In this document: one piece after another, positions 45,778-57,638 of the stretch
Layout: each line of letters opens with the position of its first letter
Numbering within the stretch: position 1 is the first letter of the stretch
Assembly (NCBI GenBank): GCA_937923265.1
Contig: CALAJY010000050.1
Location: 4,938-68,937 of the forward strand
Reading direction: 5' to 3'
DNA from: an uncultured Tissierellia bacterium
GTDB lineage: Bacteria; Bacillota; Clostridia; Tissierellales; Peptoniphilaceae
DNA: 64,000 nucleotides
Program-made: the position numbers and the translations under genes
The notes under the pieces: model-generated
What the model saw: only the letters and a program-made list of their open reading frames with translations
Told to the model about the DNA's origin: nothing
The model's database searches: none

Positions 45778-46543
45778 AGAAGACCTGTCAGGACTGCATG
45801 GAATTGTTCTCAATGTTTACGATGTGCAGGAATCTTCGCGAATGGTGGACCTGCTCACGAAGGAACGAGGCCGCGTCTCCTTCTTTGCACGCGGAGCGAA
45901 ACGAAATAAAAGCCGCGTTTTAAACCTTTCGGAGCGCTTCGTCGAAGGGGAGTACAATCTCGTGCAGGGGCGAAGCAGCTACTATTTAAAGGACGGCCTG
46001 CTCCTCGATGCCCATATCGGTCTTCGCCGGTCGCTGGGTAAGATGAGCAGTGCCGGCTTTTTTATGGAGTGCCTCTCCGCGGTGCTCTTCGAAGAAGAGG
46101 ATCCGAGTGTGTTTCCTTTACTGCAGAAAGCCCTTTCTGCCGCGGAAGACGCAGAGGGAGAAGCAGCCTTGAGTGCCCTGATCGGTGCGTTTCTCCTGAA
46201 GCTTTCCAGTGTTCTGGGCTTTCGACCCACCCTGTCGGCCTGTATGACCTGCGGGAAGCCGGTGGACCGGAACTTTCAGTTTGATCCCCTGCAAGGCGGG
46301 GTGGTCTGTGAGGACCATGCCATGGGTTCCTCGGGCTTTGCCTTAGAGCAAGAGAGCTACCGGCTGCTCTGTAGCTATATATTAGAGCCTTTTTCTGCTA
46401 TAATCAGGAATAGCGTAAAAATGTCTCAAAAAGAAACTATCCGTCGGGTAACCGACTTATGCTTTCGATATTTTTGTATTCACACCGGAAAAGAGTCGTT
46501 CAAGAGTCGATCCCTGCTCCGGCAGTTGGAACTTATGTCCTAG
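45764..46543 (+). CDS. recO: DNA repair protein RecO
   Basis: N-terminal OB region ([35 protein letters not shown]) and Cys cluster CMTCGKP...VCEDH. Start is TTG 45764 or ATG 45770. Overlaps the era stop. Confidence 0.85.
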   Translation: MAMSKEDLSGLHGIVLNVYDVQESSRMVDLLTKERGRVSFFARGAKRNKSRVLNLSERFVEGEYNLVQGRSSYYLKDGLLLDAHIGLRRSLGKMSSAGFFMECLSAVLFEEEDPSVFPLLQKALSAAEDAEGEAALSALIGAFLLKLSSVLGFRPTLSACMTCGKPVDRNFQFDPLQGGVVCEDHAMGSSGFALEQESYRLLCSYILEPFSAIIRNSVKMSQKETIRRVTDLCFRYFCIHTGKESFKSRSLLRQLELMS

Positions 46544-46572
46544 AATCGACCGAGAACGGATCGGAGGAAAGA

Positions 46573-47460
46573 ATGAATTTGCAGGAAATGATCTCAAGAT
46601 TAAAAGCTTATTGGGCTGACCAAGGCTGCAGTGTCCTGGAACCCTATGACATCGAGAAGGGCGCAGGGACCATGAATCCCAACACCTTCTTGCGGGTTTT
46701 GGGGCCCGAGCCCTGGAAGGTGATTTATGTGGAGCCCTCTCGGCGTCCCGCGGACGGCCGTTATGGGGAAAATCCCAACCGCCTTTATCAGCACCACCAG
46801 CTCCAGATTATTCTGAAGCCCGCTCCGGCGGACATCCAAGATCTCTATCTGAAGAGCCTGGAAGTGATCGGCATTAATCCCAAGGAACATGACATTCGTT
46901 TCGTAGAGGATAACTGGGAATCTCCAACCCTGGGAGCCTGGGGCGTCGGCTGGGAAGTCTGGTTAGACGGTATGGAAATCACCCAATTCACCTACTTCCA
47001 ACAGGTCGGAGGAATTTCCTTAAATCCGGAATCCGGAGAAATCACCATGGGACTGGAACGGATTGCCATGTATATCCAGGAAGTGGACAACGTCTATGAC
47101 CTCGCCTGGGATGACCATCTTACCTATGGGGACCTCTTCCATTTGCCCGAATACGAGAATTCGAAATATTCCTTTGAGACGGCAAACGTGGACCTCCTTC
47201 ACATGCTCTTTGATGAATATGAAAAAGAAGCCAATGCGCAGCTGGATCACAAGCTTATTTATCCGGCCTATGATTACGTGCTGAAATGCTCCCACACCTT
47301 CAATGTGCTGGATGCCCGCGGGGCGATTGCCGTTTCCGAGCGGAGTCATTATATTCAACGCGTGCGTGACTTAGCGAGAAAGGTCGCACAGTTATACGTG
47401 GAGAAGCGGGAAGCCATCGGGCATCCGCTTTTAAAGCAGGGGGAGGAAAGCCATGAATAG
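46573..47460 (+). CDS. glyQ: Glycine--tRNA ligase alpha subunit
   Basis: [37 protein letters not shown] is canonical GlyQ. ATG at 46573 after ggaggaaag. Confidence 0.95.
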   Translation: MNLQEMISRLKAYWADQGCSVLEPYDIEKGAGTMNPNTFLRVLGPEPWKVIYVEPSRRPADGRYGENPNRLYQHHQLQIILKPAPADIQDLYLKSLEVIGINPKEHDIRFVEDNWESPTLGAWGVGWEVWLDGMEITQFTYFQQVGGISLNPESGEITMGLERIAMYIQEVDNVYDLAWDDHLTYGDLFHLPEYENSKYSFETANVDLLHMLFDEYEKEANAQLDHKLIYPAYDYVLKCSHTFNVLDARGAIAVSERSHYIQRVRDLARKVAQLYVEKREAIGHPLLKQGEESHE

Positions 47461-49531
47461 ATATCTGTTGGAAGTCGGTGTGGAGGAATTTCCTTCTCGC
47501 TTTATCGCATCCACGAAGGAGCAGTTTGCTCATCTCTTCCGGGACCTTCTCACCAAGGAAGGCCTCACGATTGATCAATTTCGCATCGAAAGCACACCCC
47601 GGCGTTTTACCATCTGGCTGGAAAATCCGAAACAGGAGGACCAGGACCAAGAGGAAATTGTGAGAGGTCCCGCTGTGAAAATCGCCTATGATGCGGCAGG
47701 AAATCCCTCGAAAGCGCTGCAAGGCTTCATGCGAAGCAAGGGGCTGGAGGAGACCGATCTTTTCCGGGAGCAAAAGGGAAAAGAGGAGTATGTGTTCGCC
47801 CGGATCAAAAAAGAGGCACTTTCCGTGGAGAGCATCCTGGCGGAGGTGGCACCGCAGGTCATCCGTCGCATTTCCAATCCTCGGTCCATGCGCTGGGGCG
47901 GAAAGAACCTGCAGTTCCTTCGACCGATCCGCTGGATTTTGTCCCTGTACAACGATCGGGTCTTGCCCTTTGAGCTGGAGGGCATCCCCGTTTCCAATCT
48001 GACGCGGGGGCATCGCTTTTTAGGCAAAGACTCGATAACCGTCAACCACATCGAGGACTATGAAAAGCTGTTGGAAGAAAACTATGTCATTGTCAGCGAA
48101 AAGGAACGGGAAAACCGCATTATCCGGGGTATGAACCGGTTGGCACGGGAAAAGGGCGGCCACCCGATGGATGATCCGGTCTTGCTGGCGGAGGTGGTTC
48201 ACATTGTGGAGTATCCGACGCCCTTCCTGGGAAATATTCCCTCGGAGTATTTGGAGCTCCCCGCTCAGGTGATTATCACCCCCATGAAGGATCACCAGCG
48301 CTATTTCCCGGTGCTTGATGACCAGGGAAAACTTCTCCCCTATTTCCTTTCGGTACGAAACGGCGATGAGCAAGGTCTGGAGAATGTGCAAGAGGGCAAT
48401 GAAAAGGTGCTGGTTCCTCGGTTGGAAGATGCAAAATTCTTCTTTGACCAGGATCTGAAGAAGTCCCCGGAGGATTATGTGCAGGAACTGGAAGGTCTTA
48501 CCTTTCATGAAAAGCTGGGGACCATGCTGGATAAAACCCATCGGCTGGAGAAACTCGTTGCGCAGCTGAGCACGGGGCTCTCATTAGGGCAGGACACCAC
48601 CGATAACGTCGTCCGGGCCGCCCACCTTTCCAAGGCGGACCTAGTGACCAAGATGGTGGTGGAATTCACCGAGCTGCAGGGGGTCATGGGCCGCATTTAC
48701 GCGGAAAAGGCCGGCGAGTCTCCCATCGTTGCCCAGGCGATCGAGGAGCAGTACATGCCCGTTTCTTCGGGGGCATCCCTGCCGCAGACGACCTCGGGAA
48801 CGATTCTGTCATTGGCGGATAAGATTGACCTGTTGGCGGGGATGTTTGCCATTAACGTGGAAGTGACGGGCTCGCAGGATCCCTTTGGTCTGCGGCGAGC
48901 CGCCATCGGCGTCATTGACATCATGCTCAAGCAAAAGCTCCATGTGGACCTCACGGAAAGCTTCCGGGATGCACTGCTTCTCTATGTAGAGAATCGGGGG
49001 CTGGTCTTTGACTATGAGGAAGTCATGGGCCGGGTCGAAGAATTCTTTGGCGGAAGGCTCAGGAATAAGCTCTTGGAATTGGGCTATCGCTACGACGTCG
49101 TCGATTCCGTGATCGCCACCAAGGATAAGGATTTGGTTTCCTGCTTCCGACGCACCAAAGCGGTGAAGGAATTCCTGGACCAAGATGAAAACTATCAGAC
49201 GACCACCAGCTTCCTTCGAGTGGGAAACATGGCCAAGAATGCGGAGACGACGGAGCTTTCGGAGGATGTCCTTCAAGAAGAGGATAAAGCCTTTTATGCC
49301 AGTTTCTCTCAGCTGGATGCAGCAAAGGAGGAAATCCATCGCGGCCACTATCAAGAGGCCCTGGAGGCCCTGAGCCGCTGGATGCCGCAGGTGAATGACT
49401 ACATGGATTCCACCATGATCATGGTGGAGGATCCGACCTTACGACAGGCTCGACTGGCGCTGATGGCACGGATTCAAGAGGTGATTACGAGCCTCTTCCT
49501 GCCGGACCGGATTGTTCGGGAAGAGCGCTAA
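47453..49531 (+). CDS. glyS: Glycine--tRNA ligase beta subunit
   Basis: 692 aa. N-terminus [13 protein letters not shown]. Overlaps the glyQ stop. Confidence 0.95.
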   Translation: MNRYLLEVGVEEFPSRFIASTKEQFAHLFRDLLTKEGLTIDQFRIESTPRRFTIWLENPKQEDQDQEEIVRGPAVKIAYDAAGNPSKALQGFMRSKGLEETDLFREQKGKEEYVFARIKKEALSVESILAEVAPQVIRRISNPRSMRWGGKNLQFLRPIRWILSLYNDRVLPFELEGIPVSNLTRGHRFLGKDSITVNHIEDYEKLLEENYVIVSEKERENRIIRGMNRLAREKGGHPMDDPVLLAEVVHIVEYPTPFLGNIPSEYLELPAQVIITPMKDHQRYFPVLDDQGKLLPYFLSVRNGDEQGLENVQEGNEKVLVPRLEDAKFFFDQDLKKSPEDYVQELEGLTFHEKLGTMLDKTHRLEKLVAQLSTGLSLGQDTTDNVVRAAHLSKADLVTKMVVEFTELQGVMGRIYAEKAGESPIVAQAIEEQYMPVSSGASLPQTTSGTILSLADKIDLLAGMFAINVEVTGSQDPFGLRRAAIGVIDIMLKQKLHVDLTESFRDALLLYVENRGLVFDYEEVMGRVEEFFGGRLRNKLLELGYRYDVVDSVIATKDKDLVSCFRRTKAVKEFLDQDENYQTTTSFLRVGNMAKNAETTELSEDVLQEEDKAFYASFSQLDAAKEEIHRGHYQEALEALSRWMPQVNDYMDSTMIMVEDPTLRQARLALMARIQEVITSLFLPDRIVREER

Positions 49532-49546
49532 ACCAGGTTAGGAGGA

Positions 49547-50389
49547 ATGATGATACCCGTTTCCGTTTATATTGTTTCGGATTCCACAGGAGAGACCGCA
49601 GAGGCAATGGCTCATGCGGTATTGAGCCAGTTTCCGGAGCTACAGGCGGAGGTCCGTCGCTTTATGAAGGTGGAAACGGAGCAACAGGTTCGTGGGATCT
49701 TTCAAAAGGGTCTTCCACAGGAACCGGTTCTTGTCTTCCACTCCATTGTGATGGAACGCCAGCGGCAAGCCCTGAATGAGGAATGCGCGCGGCGGTCCAT
49801 TCCGGTGGTTGACCTGTTTTCCGAACCGCTTGCCGTCGTGGAAAAATTAACGGGGGAGAAGCCGGAAAGGAAGCCGGGCCTGATTCGCGAGCTGGACGTT
49901 GCCTATTTCGAGAAAATTTCCGGCATCGAGTTTGCGGTTCGCTATGATGACGGACGGGATCCTCGGGGCCTGTTGCTTGCGGACATCGTCCTTCTTGGGG
50001 TATCTCGGACCTCAAAAACGCCCCTGTCCATGCTCCTGGCGACGAAAGGATATAAGGTGGCGAATCTTCCCTTGGTGCCGGAGTTTTCCTTGCCTCCCGA
50101 GCTGGACCGGGTGGATCCCCGAAGAATTGTAGGCCTAATCATCTCGCCCGGTCGGTTGAATGAGATTCGGAGGGAACGGCTTCGCCTTTTGGGCTTGGCG
50201 GCGGACTCCTCGTATGCGGAAGATGGCAGGATTGACAAGGAGCTGGTCTATGCGAAGGAGGTCTTTGATCGCTTGGGCTGTCCCGTGATCAATGTTTCCG
50301 ATTCCACCATTGAACAGACGGCGGCGCAGATCATCAGCGGCTTGCGGAAAGAGCTCGGAGAGGAGATTCGCAGGAGCACCTCCGAATAA
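49547..50389 (+). CDS. Pyruvate, phosphate dikinase regulatory protein-like kinase/pyrophosphorylase (DUF299, YqfL-like)
   Basis: N-terminus VYIVSDSTGETAE and P-loop-like LLGVSRTSKTPLS. 280 aa. Same position as B. subtilis yqfL upstream of dnaG. Confidence 0.85.
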   Translation: MMIPVSVYIVSDSTGETAEAMAHAVLSQFPELQAEVRRFMKVETEQQVRGIFQKGLPQEPVLVFHSIVMERQRQALNEECARRSIPVVDLFSEPLAVVEKLTGEKPERKPGLIRELDVAYFEKISGIEFAVRYDDGRDPRGLLLADIVLLGVSRTSKTPLSMLLATKGYKVANLPLVPEFSLPPELDRVDPRRIVGLIISPGRLNEIRRERLRLLGLAADSSYAEDGRIDKELVYAKEVFDRLGCPVINVSDSTIEQTAAQIISGLRKELGEEIRRSTSE

Positions 50390-50426
50390 TCCTAGGACGT
50401 TCTACCCGGAAAATTTTTCCTGGTTT

Positions 50427-50451
50427 GGAGCAGAGCGATCTGCTCCTTTTT
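50427..50451 (+). terminator. Intrinsic terminator
   Basis: ggagcaga/tctgctcc hairpin with loop gcga, then T5. Confidence 0.7.
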
Positions 50452-50493
50452 ACGTCTCCGGGGTATCTATAGAAGCAGGGAAAGGGGGAGAGT

Positions 50494-51519
50494 ATGGCCC
50501 AGACAATACGCCAACGCAGAGAAGAAGAGGAACACCGTTTTTTAGCGCCCTATGCCAGCTTTGCCGATGAGACGCGGGGACGGCGGACTCCCGAAGAGAA
50601 AGATGAATTCCGCACCGATTTTCAAAGGGATCGGGACCGCATTCTTCATTCCAAGACGTTTCGACGATTAAAGCATAAAACACAGGTGTTTATTTCCCCG
50701 GAAGGGGATCATTATCGAACCCGCTTAACCCATACCTTGGAGGTGGGGCAGATAGGGCGCACCATGGCACGCGCCCTGCAGCTGAATGAGGACCTAGTTG
50801 AGGCGATTGCCATGGGGCATGATGTGGGTCACACGCCTTTTGGGCATGCGGGAGAACATGTGTTGCAAGAGCTGGTTCCCGGCTTTTGTCACAATGAGCA
50901 GTCCGTCCGTGTCTTGGAATTTTTAGAGGCCACGCCGCGAAGAGTGGGCCTAAACCTGACCTGGGAGGTCCTGGACGGGATTGAAAACCACACGGGCAGT
51001 CGAAGAGCCCAGACTCCCGAAGGAAGACTCATCAAGTTTGCGGATCGAATCGCTTATGTGAACCACGATATCGATGATTCCATTCGAGCGGGAGTTCTAA
51101 GGGAAGAGGATCTTCCCAAAGAAGCCACCCGGATTTTGGGCCACACGGCCTCGGATCGGATTGATGCCATGGTCCATGCCGTCGTAGAGGCAAGCGAAGG
51201 ATCCAACGAGATTCAAATGGCGGAGCCTTACTACAAGGCCTCCCGAATTCTTCGAGCCTTTATGGGAGACCGGGTCTATACCAACGCCTTGGTGAAGAGC
51301 GAAAATCAGAAGCTCTACCATATTATCGAAGATGTTTTCGCCTATTATGTGAACCATATGGACCGACTTCCGGAAAGCCATCTGGCCCTGTACACGGGTA
51401 GTCATCGGCAGGAATCCGATGAGAGAAAGGTGACCGATTACATCGCGGGAATGACCGACGCGTATCTGATTCGCACCTATAAGGAACTTTTTATTCCGCA
51501 AGCGTGGACCAAGATGTAA
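50494..51519 (+). CDS. dGTPase-like HD-domain triphosphohydrolase
   Basis: FQRDRDRILHSKTFRRLKHKTQVF, RLTHTLEV, GHDVGHTPFGHAGE, DRIAYVNHDIDD. 341 aa. Confidence 0.88.
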   Translation: MAQTIRQRREEEEHRFLAPYASFADETRGRRTPEEKDEFRTDFQRDRDRILHSKTFRRLKHKTQVFISPEGDHYRTRLTHTLEVGQIGRTMARALQLNEDLVEAIAMGHDVGHTPFGHAGEHVLQELVPGFCHNEQSVRVLEFLEATPRRVGLNLTWEVLDGIENHTGSRRAQTPEGRLIKFADRIAYVNHDIDDSIRAGVLREEDLPKEATRILGHTASDRIDAMVHAVVEASEGSNEIQMAEPYYKASRILRAFMGDRVYTNALVKSENQKLYHIIEDVFAYYVNHMDRLPESHLALYTGSHRQESDERKVTDYIAGMTDAYLIRTYKELFIPQAWTKM

Positions 51520-51538
51520 CGAATCGAAAGGAGCAAGC

Positions 51539-53470
51539 ATGACCTATATTTCCGATGAGAGTGTGCAGCGGGTGAAGGATGCCGTGCAGATTGAAGAGCT
51601 GGTCGGAGAATATGTCACCCTGAAACGCACCGGGAAAAACCTAAAAGCCTGCTGCCCCTTTCACCATGAGAAAACGCCCTCATTTTTTGTGACCCCCGAG
51701 CGGAACAGTTTCAAGTGCTTTGGCTGTGGGGAACATGGGGACGGAATCAGTTTTATCATGAAGATGGAGCACCTGGACTTTCCGGATGCGGTGCGCTTCC
51801 TTGCGGATAAGTATGGAATCCCCCTGGAGGAAAGCCGAGGAGACCAGCAAAAAACCGCCTATCGGAAGCGGCTCTATGAGATCAATGAGAAGACCATGCT
51901 CTTTTATTACAAACAGCTTCTTACCAATCGCCGTCCCCAGCAATACCTCTTGCGAAGGGGATACCGAGCCGATATCATCAACGACTTTATGCTGGGGTAT
52001 GCAGGGGGAAGTGGCAATGAGCTTTACAGCTACCTAACGGAGCAAGGGTATTCCGCAGAGGATCTTTTGGCCCTGGGACTGATCTCTCGCTCCAATCGGG
52101 GAACCGGCTACTATGATCGCTTTCGTCAGCGCCTGATGTTTCCCATCATCAACCGACAGAAAAAGGTCATCGGCTTCGGAGGGCGGGTTTTGGACGACAG
52201 TCAGCCCAAGTATTTGAACTCGCCGGAATCGGAAATCTTTCATAAGGGAGAGAACCTTTATGGAATCCACAGGACAAGGAGTCCCGAGTTCAGTGACCGG
52301 GTCATCCTCGTGGAAGGATACATGGATGTGATCGCCCTCTCCTATCACGGCGTGGAGGGTGCCATGGCAAGTTTGGGCACCTCTCTTACCAATCTCCAGG
52401 CCCGTTTGATTCACAAACTGGGTCATAAGGTCTACCTCAGTTATGATGGGGATTCAGCGGGGATCAAGGCTGCCCGCCGGGCCATCGATATCTTCGCCGA
52501 AGAAGAGGTGATTCCCAAGCTGATCCTTTTACCCGGCGGAGAAGACCCCGATGAATACTGCAAAAGCCATGGAAGCGAGGCCTATGAAGACCAACTTAAA
52601 GAAGCCGTGGATCCCATGACCTTTGAGCTCAACCTCCTTCTCGCCTCCTATGACCTGGAAGATCCCAATCAGACCCTGGACTTTACCCGCCAGGCCACCC
52701 TTTTTTTGGCGGAACGCAAGCAGGAAGCGGAGAGGGACCTGGGCATTCGCTGGGTGAGCCGGCGCTTGGGCGTTGACTTTGAAAGTTTAAAAGCAGACGT
52801 GTTGGCAGAAAAGGAGAGGCAGGAGAAGAAAGAAGAAGAGAAACAAGCACGCAGGGACCGCTATCATGGGGAGCACGGAGAAAGCACTGCGCAAGACCCA
52901 AGGGATGACGGGTTTCCCTATGAGGAAGGGGAGGCAGAGGATGTCTACTGGAACCAACCGGAGGATTTTCCAACGGGTTCCTATAGGGATTCCGCATCTT
53001 TGGGTAAGAATACAGCAAATCGAGAATCAGAAAGAGACCGTTTAGAAATTGAATTTTTGCGCTTTTATATGATGGAAGAGGAAATACAAGACCTTCTAAA
53101 AGAGGAGGAGGACTTTGTTCAATCCGAACAGGCCCAATGGGTCCTCCAGCTCATTCAACAGATGAGGGAGCAAAAAATTCCCCCAGAGACAGAATGGATG
53201 AAGGAAAGCCCGGTTGCCGATAAGGTCCGGGAGGTGCTGGATCGACTGGAGGAAAGAGAGCTCGCCATCAAGGAGATGAGTTTTTCTCAACGTAAGGAGA
53301 GCGCCCGGGAGTTAATGGCCCGCATTGCTCGCTATCGAGCACGGGAACGAAAAGAAGTTCTCCGGGAACAGCTTCGGCAGGGGAACCTCTCACGTGAGGA
53401 GCAGGGAAGTATTTTGCAGGAACTAAAGCAATTGGATGCCTCATTCAGGCGCAGGAAAAGGGGGGTATAA
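51539..53470 (+). CDS. dnaG: DNA primase DnaG
   Basis: Zinc ribbon [30 protein letters not shown] and TOPRIM region [17 protein letters not shown]. Long charged linker before the C-terminal domain. Confidence 0.93.
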   Translation: MTYISDESVQRVKDAVQIEELVGEYVTLKRTGKNLKACCPFHHEKTPSFFVTPERNSFKCFGCGEHGDGISFIMKMEHLDFPDAVRFLADKYGIPLEESRGDQQKTAYRKRLYEINEKTMLFYYKQLLTNRRPQQYLLRRGYRADIINDFMLGYAGGSGNELYSYLTEQGYSAEDLLALGLISRSNRGTGYYDRFRQRLMFPIINRQKKVIGFGGRVLDDSQPKYLNSPESEIFHKGENLYGIHRTRSPEFSDRVILVEGYMDVIALSYHGVEGAMASLGTSLTNLQARLIHKLGHKVYLSYDGDSAGIKAARRAIDIFAEEEVIPKLILLPGGEDPDEYCKSHGSEAYEDQLKEAVDPMTFELNLLLASYDLEDPNQTLDFTRQATLFLAERKQEAERDLGIRWVSRRLGVDFESLKADVLAEKERQEKKEEEKQARRDRYHGEHGESTAQDPRDDGFPYEEGEAEDVYWNQPEDFPTGSYRDSASLGKNTANRESERDRLEIEFLRFYMMEEEIQDLLKEEEDFVQSEQAQWVLQLIQQMREQKIPPETEWMKESPVADKVREVLDRLEERELAIKEMSFSQRKESARELMARIARYRARERKEVLREQLRQGNLSREEQGSILQELKQLDASFRRRKRGV

Positions 53471-55545
53471 TGAAAGATTACGAAGCAGAGAAACAGCTGG
53501 ATACCCTGGATATCGAAGAAGTTAAGCAGGACGTGATGGATGAACTGCGTAAAATTGCGCGGGAAAACCATGATAAGTACAGCATGCACGATTTCGAATC
53601 TGTGGAGAGTTACAATCAATTGGACGACGATGATCGCCAGGAGATCGTAAAGCTCCTGGATGATGATGGGATTGAGTTAGAGGATGGGGAGTTTCTTCCC
53701 GAGGAAGAGGAAGAGTCCGACCGGGATGACGACCTCCTGGATGAGGAGGAAGACGAAGAGGATATTGATGCGGAAGATGATCTGGATGAGGACGTAGACA
53801 AAGTCGCCGAAGAGATTCATAAGAAAGAAGCTCGCTCCGGCATGAAGTCCATGAAAAACATCGCCGTCGATGATCCGGTGAAGATGTACCTGAAGGAGAT
53901 CGGTCGGGTTCCCCTGTTGACCGCGGCGGAAGAAGTTCTTCTTGCCAAACGAATGGAAAATGCGGACATTGCTCTGAAGGCGCTTCACGGAGAAAAGCCC
54001 AATCTTCGCGAGGAGATTGAGCTGAGCAAGCAGTCGGTGAATGTGGAACAGGCCCAGCTTCTGCTCCAATTGGAATTGAAACTCCAGAAAAACGAAAAGC
54101 TGACCGCCAAAGAGGAGGGCCAGTTCCGCCGGTTCAATAACCTGAGCGTGAATGTGCTCGGTGCGGATCCGGAGGAGCTGCCGGGGCCGGAGTCCAAACC
54201 CTATGTGTTGATTCGAGTGGCGGGCATGGTGGAGCGGTACATTCGCCGCCGCTTGAGCCGGGCGAAAATGACCGAAGAAGAGGCAATCAGCCTGAATTAC
54301 TGCTGCCAGATTCAGGATGCCGTCCTATCCTATCTCTTGGATGAAGATCGGGCGACGAAAAAGGCACAGAAGTTGGCGGAGTATGCCTTTGAACATGCCC
54401 AGGAAATCACCGTTGCCGTGGAACGTGTGTATAAGAAACAAGAAGATTTGGAAGAGGGGCAAAAGGATCTCATCGATCTGGCCAAAGAGAAAAAGGTGAA
54501 GCCCTTCAATGATAAGGGACTGCTGGATGCGGAGGAGCGGTGCCTTCTCTTCGAGCGCAACACCATCGTGGATAAGATGACCGTGCGTCTGAAGAAAATC
54601 GCCCCCAAAGATGCCCTAACGGAGAATGAAATCAGCAACTATGCGGTCTTGGAAGCCGAACGGTTAAAAATCCAGGCCTTCCGTCAGGGAGAAGATGTGA
54701 CCTTTAACATGGAAAATCTTCTGGATGTTCAGGAGAGCGGGGCAACCTCCCGTCGCATTCTCATGGGCGAAGCACTGACCGAAGGGGATCGGGACCGGTT
54801 AAAGAAAATCCTTCGCAAGGGATCGCGGGCCAAGCAGCGCCTGGCGGAGACCAACCTTCGTCTCGTTGTCTCCATTGCCAAGCGCTATGTGGGAAGAGGC
54901 ATGAGCTTTTTGGACCTCATCCAAGAAGGAAATCTTGGCTTGATGAAGGCGGTGGAAAAGTTCGATTACCACCGGGGCTTTAAATTCTCCACCTATGCGA
55001 CATGGTGGATTCGGCAGGCAATCACCCGTGCAATTGCGGACCAAGCCAGGACGATTCGGATCCCCGTTCACATGGTGGAAACCATCAATAAACTCTCCAG
55101 GGCCCAAAGACAGCTGCTTCAGGAGCTAAATCGGGATCCGACGAACGAGGAGATTGCGGCGGAGATGAACATCGACGTGGCGAAGGTTCGCGTCGTGCGT
55201 AAGATTGCCCAGGAACCCGTGAGCCTGGAGACGCCGATTGGAGAGGAGGAAGATTCTCATCTGGGCGACTTTATCGAGGATGATACGGCCGTTGCTCCGG
55301 ATGAGGCAGCCAACTTCACGATGCTGCGAGAGGAACTCGGTTCCATTTTGGATACCCTGTCGGAGAGAGAGCGCAAGGTGCTGGAGCTCCGCTTCGGCCT
55401 CCTGGATGGAACGCCGCGAACCCTGGAAGAAGTCGGCAGAGAATTCTCGGTAACCCGAGAACGCATCCGGCAGATCGAGGCCAAGGCAATCCGCAAGCTC
55501 AAGCATCCCACCCGCAGCAAGCGCATCAAGGACTTCTTGGAGTAG
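53470..55545 (+). CDS. rpoD: Primary sigma factor RpoD/SigA, unusually long (691 aa)
   Basis: Acidic region 1.1. Region 1.2 [17 protein letters not shown]. Region 2 [55 protein letters not shown]. Region 3 [13 protein letters not shown]. Region 4.2 [32 protein letters not shown] overlap with dnaG. Confidence 0.93.
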   Translation: MKDYEAEKQLDTLDIEEVKQDVMDELRKIARENHDKYSMHDFESVESYNQLDDDDRQEIVKLLDDDGIELEDGEFLPEEEEESDRDDDLLDEEEDEEDIDAEDDLDEDVDKVAEEIHKKEARSGMKSMKNIAVDDPVKMYLKEIGRVPLLTAAEEVLLAKRMENADIALKALHGEKPNLREEIELSKQSVNVEQAQLLLQLELKLQKNEKLTAKEEGQFRRFNNLSVNVLGADPEELPGPESKPYVLIRVAGMVERYIRRRLSRAKMTEEEAISLNYCCQIQDAVLSYLLDEDRATKKAQKLAEYAFEHAQEITVAVERVYKKQEDLEEGQKDLIDLAKEKKVKPFNDKGLLDAEERCLLFERNTIVDKMTVRLKKIAPKDALTENEISNYAVLEAERLKIQAFRQGEDVTFNMENLLDVQESGATSRRILMGEALTEGDRDRLKKILRKGSRAKQRLAETNLRLVVSIAKRYVGRGMSFLDLIQEGNLGLMKAVEKFDYHRGFKFSTYATWWIRQAITRAIADQARTIRIPVHMVETINKLSRAQRQLLQELNRDPTNEEIAAEMNIDVAKVRVVRKIAQEPVSLETPIGEEEDSHLGDFIEDDTAVAPDEAANFTMLREELGSILDTLSERERKVLELRFGLLDGTPRTLEEVGREFSVTRERIRQIEAKAIRKLKHPTRSKRIKDFLE

Positions 55546-55548
55546 AGG

Positions 55549-56331
55549 ATGGGGAAGCGAATCCAAAAGCTGATCGATCAGATGCCCTCCCTCCCTCGGG
55601 TCATCGATGTGGGAACCGACCATGGCTATGTCGCCTTGGGTCTCGCTTGGCGCTCGGACATTGACAGGGTGCTCGCAACCGATCTCCGCCCCCAAGCGCT
55701 TGCCAAGCTGGAGGGAACCCTGGTGCAGCTTCGCCGGGGGAACGCCCGGGAGCGGGCGGTGGCGGATAAGATTCAGACCGCCGTTGCGGATGGTCTGAAA
55801 GATCTACCCTGGAAGGACTGCGAGGGGATCGTGATCAGTGGCATGGGGGGGAGCCTCATGACCCGGATTCTTCGGGAGGGGCTGGAAAGACTGCCCTCCG
55901 TTCGCGTGCTGGTTTTGAGTCCCCAAAAAAATGTGGAGGAGTTTCGTCACACCTTGGTAGAGCTCGGTGGTCGGATCGAAGAGGAGCTGGTGGAAGAAGA
56001 GGGGAAGTTCTATGATATTTTTCGCCTCTTTCTTGACCGACCGGCGGACGTCGCTTATGCAAAAGCCTTGGAAAATCCCCTCTTTGCCCAGTATGGCCCC
56101 CTGCTCTTGGAGAAACAGCACCCCCTACTCCGGAAAAAGTTGGAGCGGGATCGCAGGAAGCTCATGGCGATTCAGGACTCGTGGGAGGAGAGTGCGCCGT
56201 CTGGGGGAAGGGGAAATCCTGCCTTTCAACGAATCCTCCGACAACAGGAGGAAATTGATCGACTGCTTTTCGAATTTACAAAAAAAGAGAAGGGATTCGG
56301 AGAGAACGCCAAAGAGAGAAAGGAGTTGTAA
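55549..56331 (+). CDS. trmK: tRNA (adenine22-N1)-methyltransferase TrmK (YqfN-like)
   Basis: VIDVGTDHGYV SAM-binding start, ISGMGG motif. 260 aa. Conserved position after sigA. Confidence 0.82.
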   Translation: MGKRIQKLIDQMPSLPRVIDVGTDHGYVALGLAWRSDIDRVLATDLRPQALAKLEGTLVQLRRGNARERAVADKIQTAVADGLKDLPWKDCEGIVISGMGGSLMTRILREGLERLPSVRVLVLSPQKNVEEFRHTLVELGGRIEEELVEEEGKFYDIFRLFLDRPADVAYAKALENPLFAQYGPLLLEKQHPLLRKKLERDRRKLMAIQDSWEESAPSGGRGNPAFQRILRQQEEIDRLLFEFTKKEKGFGENAKERKEL

Positions 56332-57134
56332 TGAACATTCGTCAGTGGACCAGAGAATGGGAAAAAATTGTTCCTGTGGGTCTTCAATATGATTGGGATA
56401 ACTCCGGTCTTCAAATTGGTAGACTGGAAGAAGAGATTACGGGGATTGTCTTTTCCTTGGATCTGAACAAGTCAGCGGTTTCCGGCTGTATCGAATCGGC
56501 ATCGAATCTGATTGTGACCCACCATCCCGCGTTTTTTCATCCGGTAAGCCGCCTCACGGACCGGGAAGAGGCGGAGCAGACCATCATGGACTGCATCGAG
56601 CAGCATATTGCGGTCTATTCCTCCCACACGCCCCTGGATCTGGTGGATGGCGGGGTCAATGAGGTCATGGCGGAGAAATGCGGAATCAGCCACCGGCAAG
56701 TGCTCTGTGAGCGGGACCCACACCTCCCCTATGCCCGATATTCTCAGGGAATGGGAGTCATCGGCGAACTGGAGAGTCCAACGACCCTAAAGAGCTATGC
56801 GGAGCGTCTGAAAAAGGAATTCTCTGCGGTTTCGGTGATTTTCTATGGAAATCCGGACCAAAAGATCCGGCGCATTGCCAATGTGGGAGGCAGCGGCATG
56901 AGCTTCCTCAAAGATGCGGTGCAAAAGAATGCGGATTGCTTGGTAACCGCCGATATCAAGTACCATGAGGCTCTGGAAGCCATCCAACAGGGGCTTACCC
57001 TGATTGACCTGGGCCATTTCTTCTCGGAATTTCCCGTGATGCAACGGGCCATGGAAATTTCCAAGAGCTTCTGTCCCGACATTCGCCAACAAGTGATTCC
57101 GGGCGAGGTGCGTTTCACCCGACAGAGCATCTGA
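56331..57134 (+). CDS. Nif3-family dinuclear metal-centre protein (YqfO-like)
   Basis: DNSGLQIG, LIVTHHPAFFHP, YSSHTPLD, ADIKYHEA motifs. 267 aa. Confidence 0.85.
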   Translation: MNIRQWTREWEKIVPVGLQYDWDNSGLQIGRLEEEITGIVFSLDLNKSAVSGCIESASNLIVTHHPAFFHPVSRLTDREEAEQTIMDCIEQHIAVYSSHTPLDLVDGGVNEVMAEKCGISHRQVLCERDPHLPYARYSQGMGVIGELESPTTLKSYAERLKKEFSAVSVIFYGNPDQKIRRIANVGGSGMSFLKDAVQKNADCLVTADIKYHEALEAIQQGLTLIDLGHFFSEFPVMQRAMEISKSFCPDIRQQVIPGEVRFTRQSI

Positions 57135-57166
57135 TCCCCGGGACTTTCAGAGTACACTGCAACTTA

Positions 57167-57175
57167 TGGTATAAT
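57167..57175 (+). promoter_or_regulatory. Extended -10 promoter element for rnpB
   Basis: TGgTATAAT ends 7 nt before the predicted 5' end of RNase P RNA. The -35 hexamer is weak. Confidence 0.5.
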
Positions 57176-57182
57176 ACAGGGC

Positions 57183-57502
57183 GGAAGCAAGTTGAATAAT
57201 CGCGACAGGTTCGAGGAAAGTCCGTGCACCACAGAGCAGAATGCCGGATAACGTCCGGTGGAGGCGACTCTAAGGATAGTGCAACAGAAAGAAACCGCTC
57301 GAAAGAGTAAGGATGGAAAGGCGAGGTAAGAGCTCACCGGCAACATGGAGACATGTTGGCCCTGTAAACCCCATTCGGTGCAAGATCAAGAGATAAAACA
57401 TGGTGGCTCGCCATGCTCGAAAAGATCGCTGGACTTCTCCGGTGACGGAGAAGCGAGACAGATGATTATTGAATACAGAACACGGCTTATAGATTTACTT
57501 CC
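57183..57502 (+). ncRNA. rnpB: RNase P RNA, bacterial type A (ends approximate)
   Basis: Universally conserved P4 strands GAGGAAAGTCCG and ACAGAACACGGCTTA, plus AGTGCAACAGAAA and GTAAACCCCATTCGGTGCAAG. P1 pairs ggaagcaagt with atttacttcc. Overlapping ORFs in the track are spurious. Confidence 0.88.
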
Positions 57503-57503
57503 G

Positions 57504-57527
57504 GGGGCAGCGCTGCTGCCCTTTTTT
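57504..57527 (+). terminator. Intrinsic terminator after rnpB
   Basis: gggcagc/gctgccc hairpin followed by T6. Confidence 0.7.
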
Positions 57528-57638
57528 CTTGCTTTTTTTGTGGAAAATCGTTTTTTCTCATAAAATAAGTAAGAAGAGATTTCTTTTTTTAAGTATTGGA
57601 ATGATGCGAAAAAATAATAAACAAGGAAAGGAACAAGT

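Noticed and set aside
46544-46572. An expected T-box leader upstream of glyQS.
   Set aside because: Only about 30 nt separate recO from glyQ, and they contain no specifier or T-box sequence. glyQS appears to be co-transcribed with recO here.
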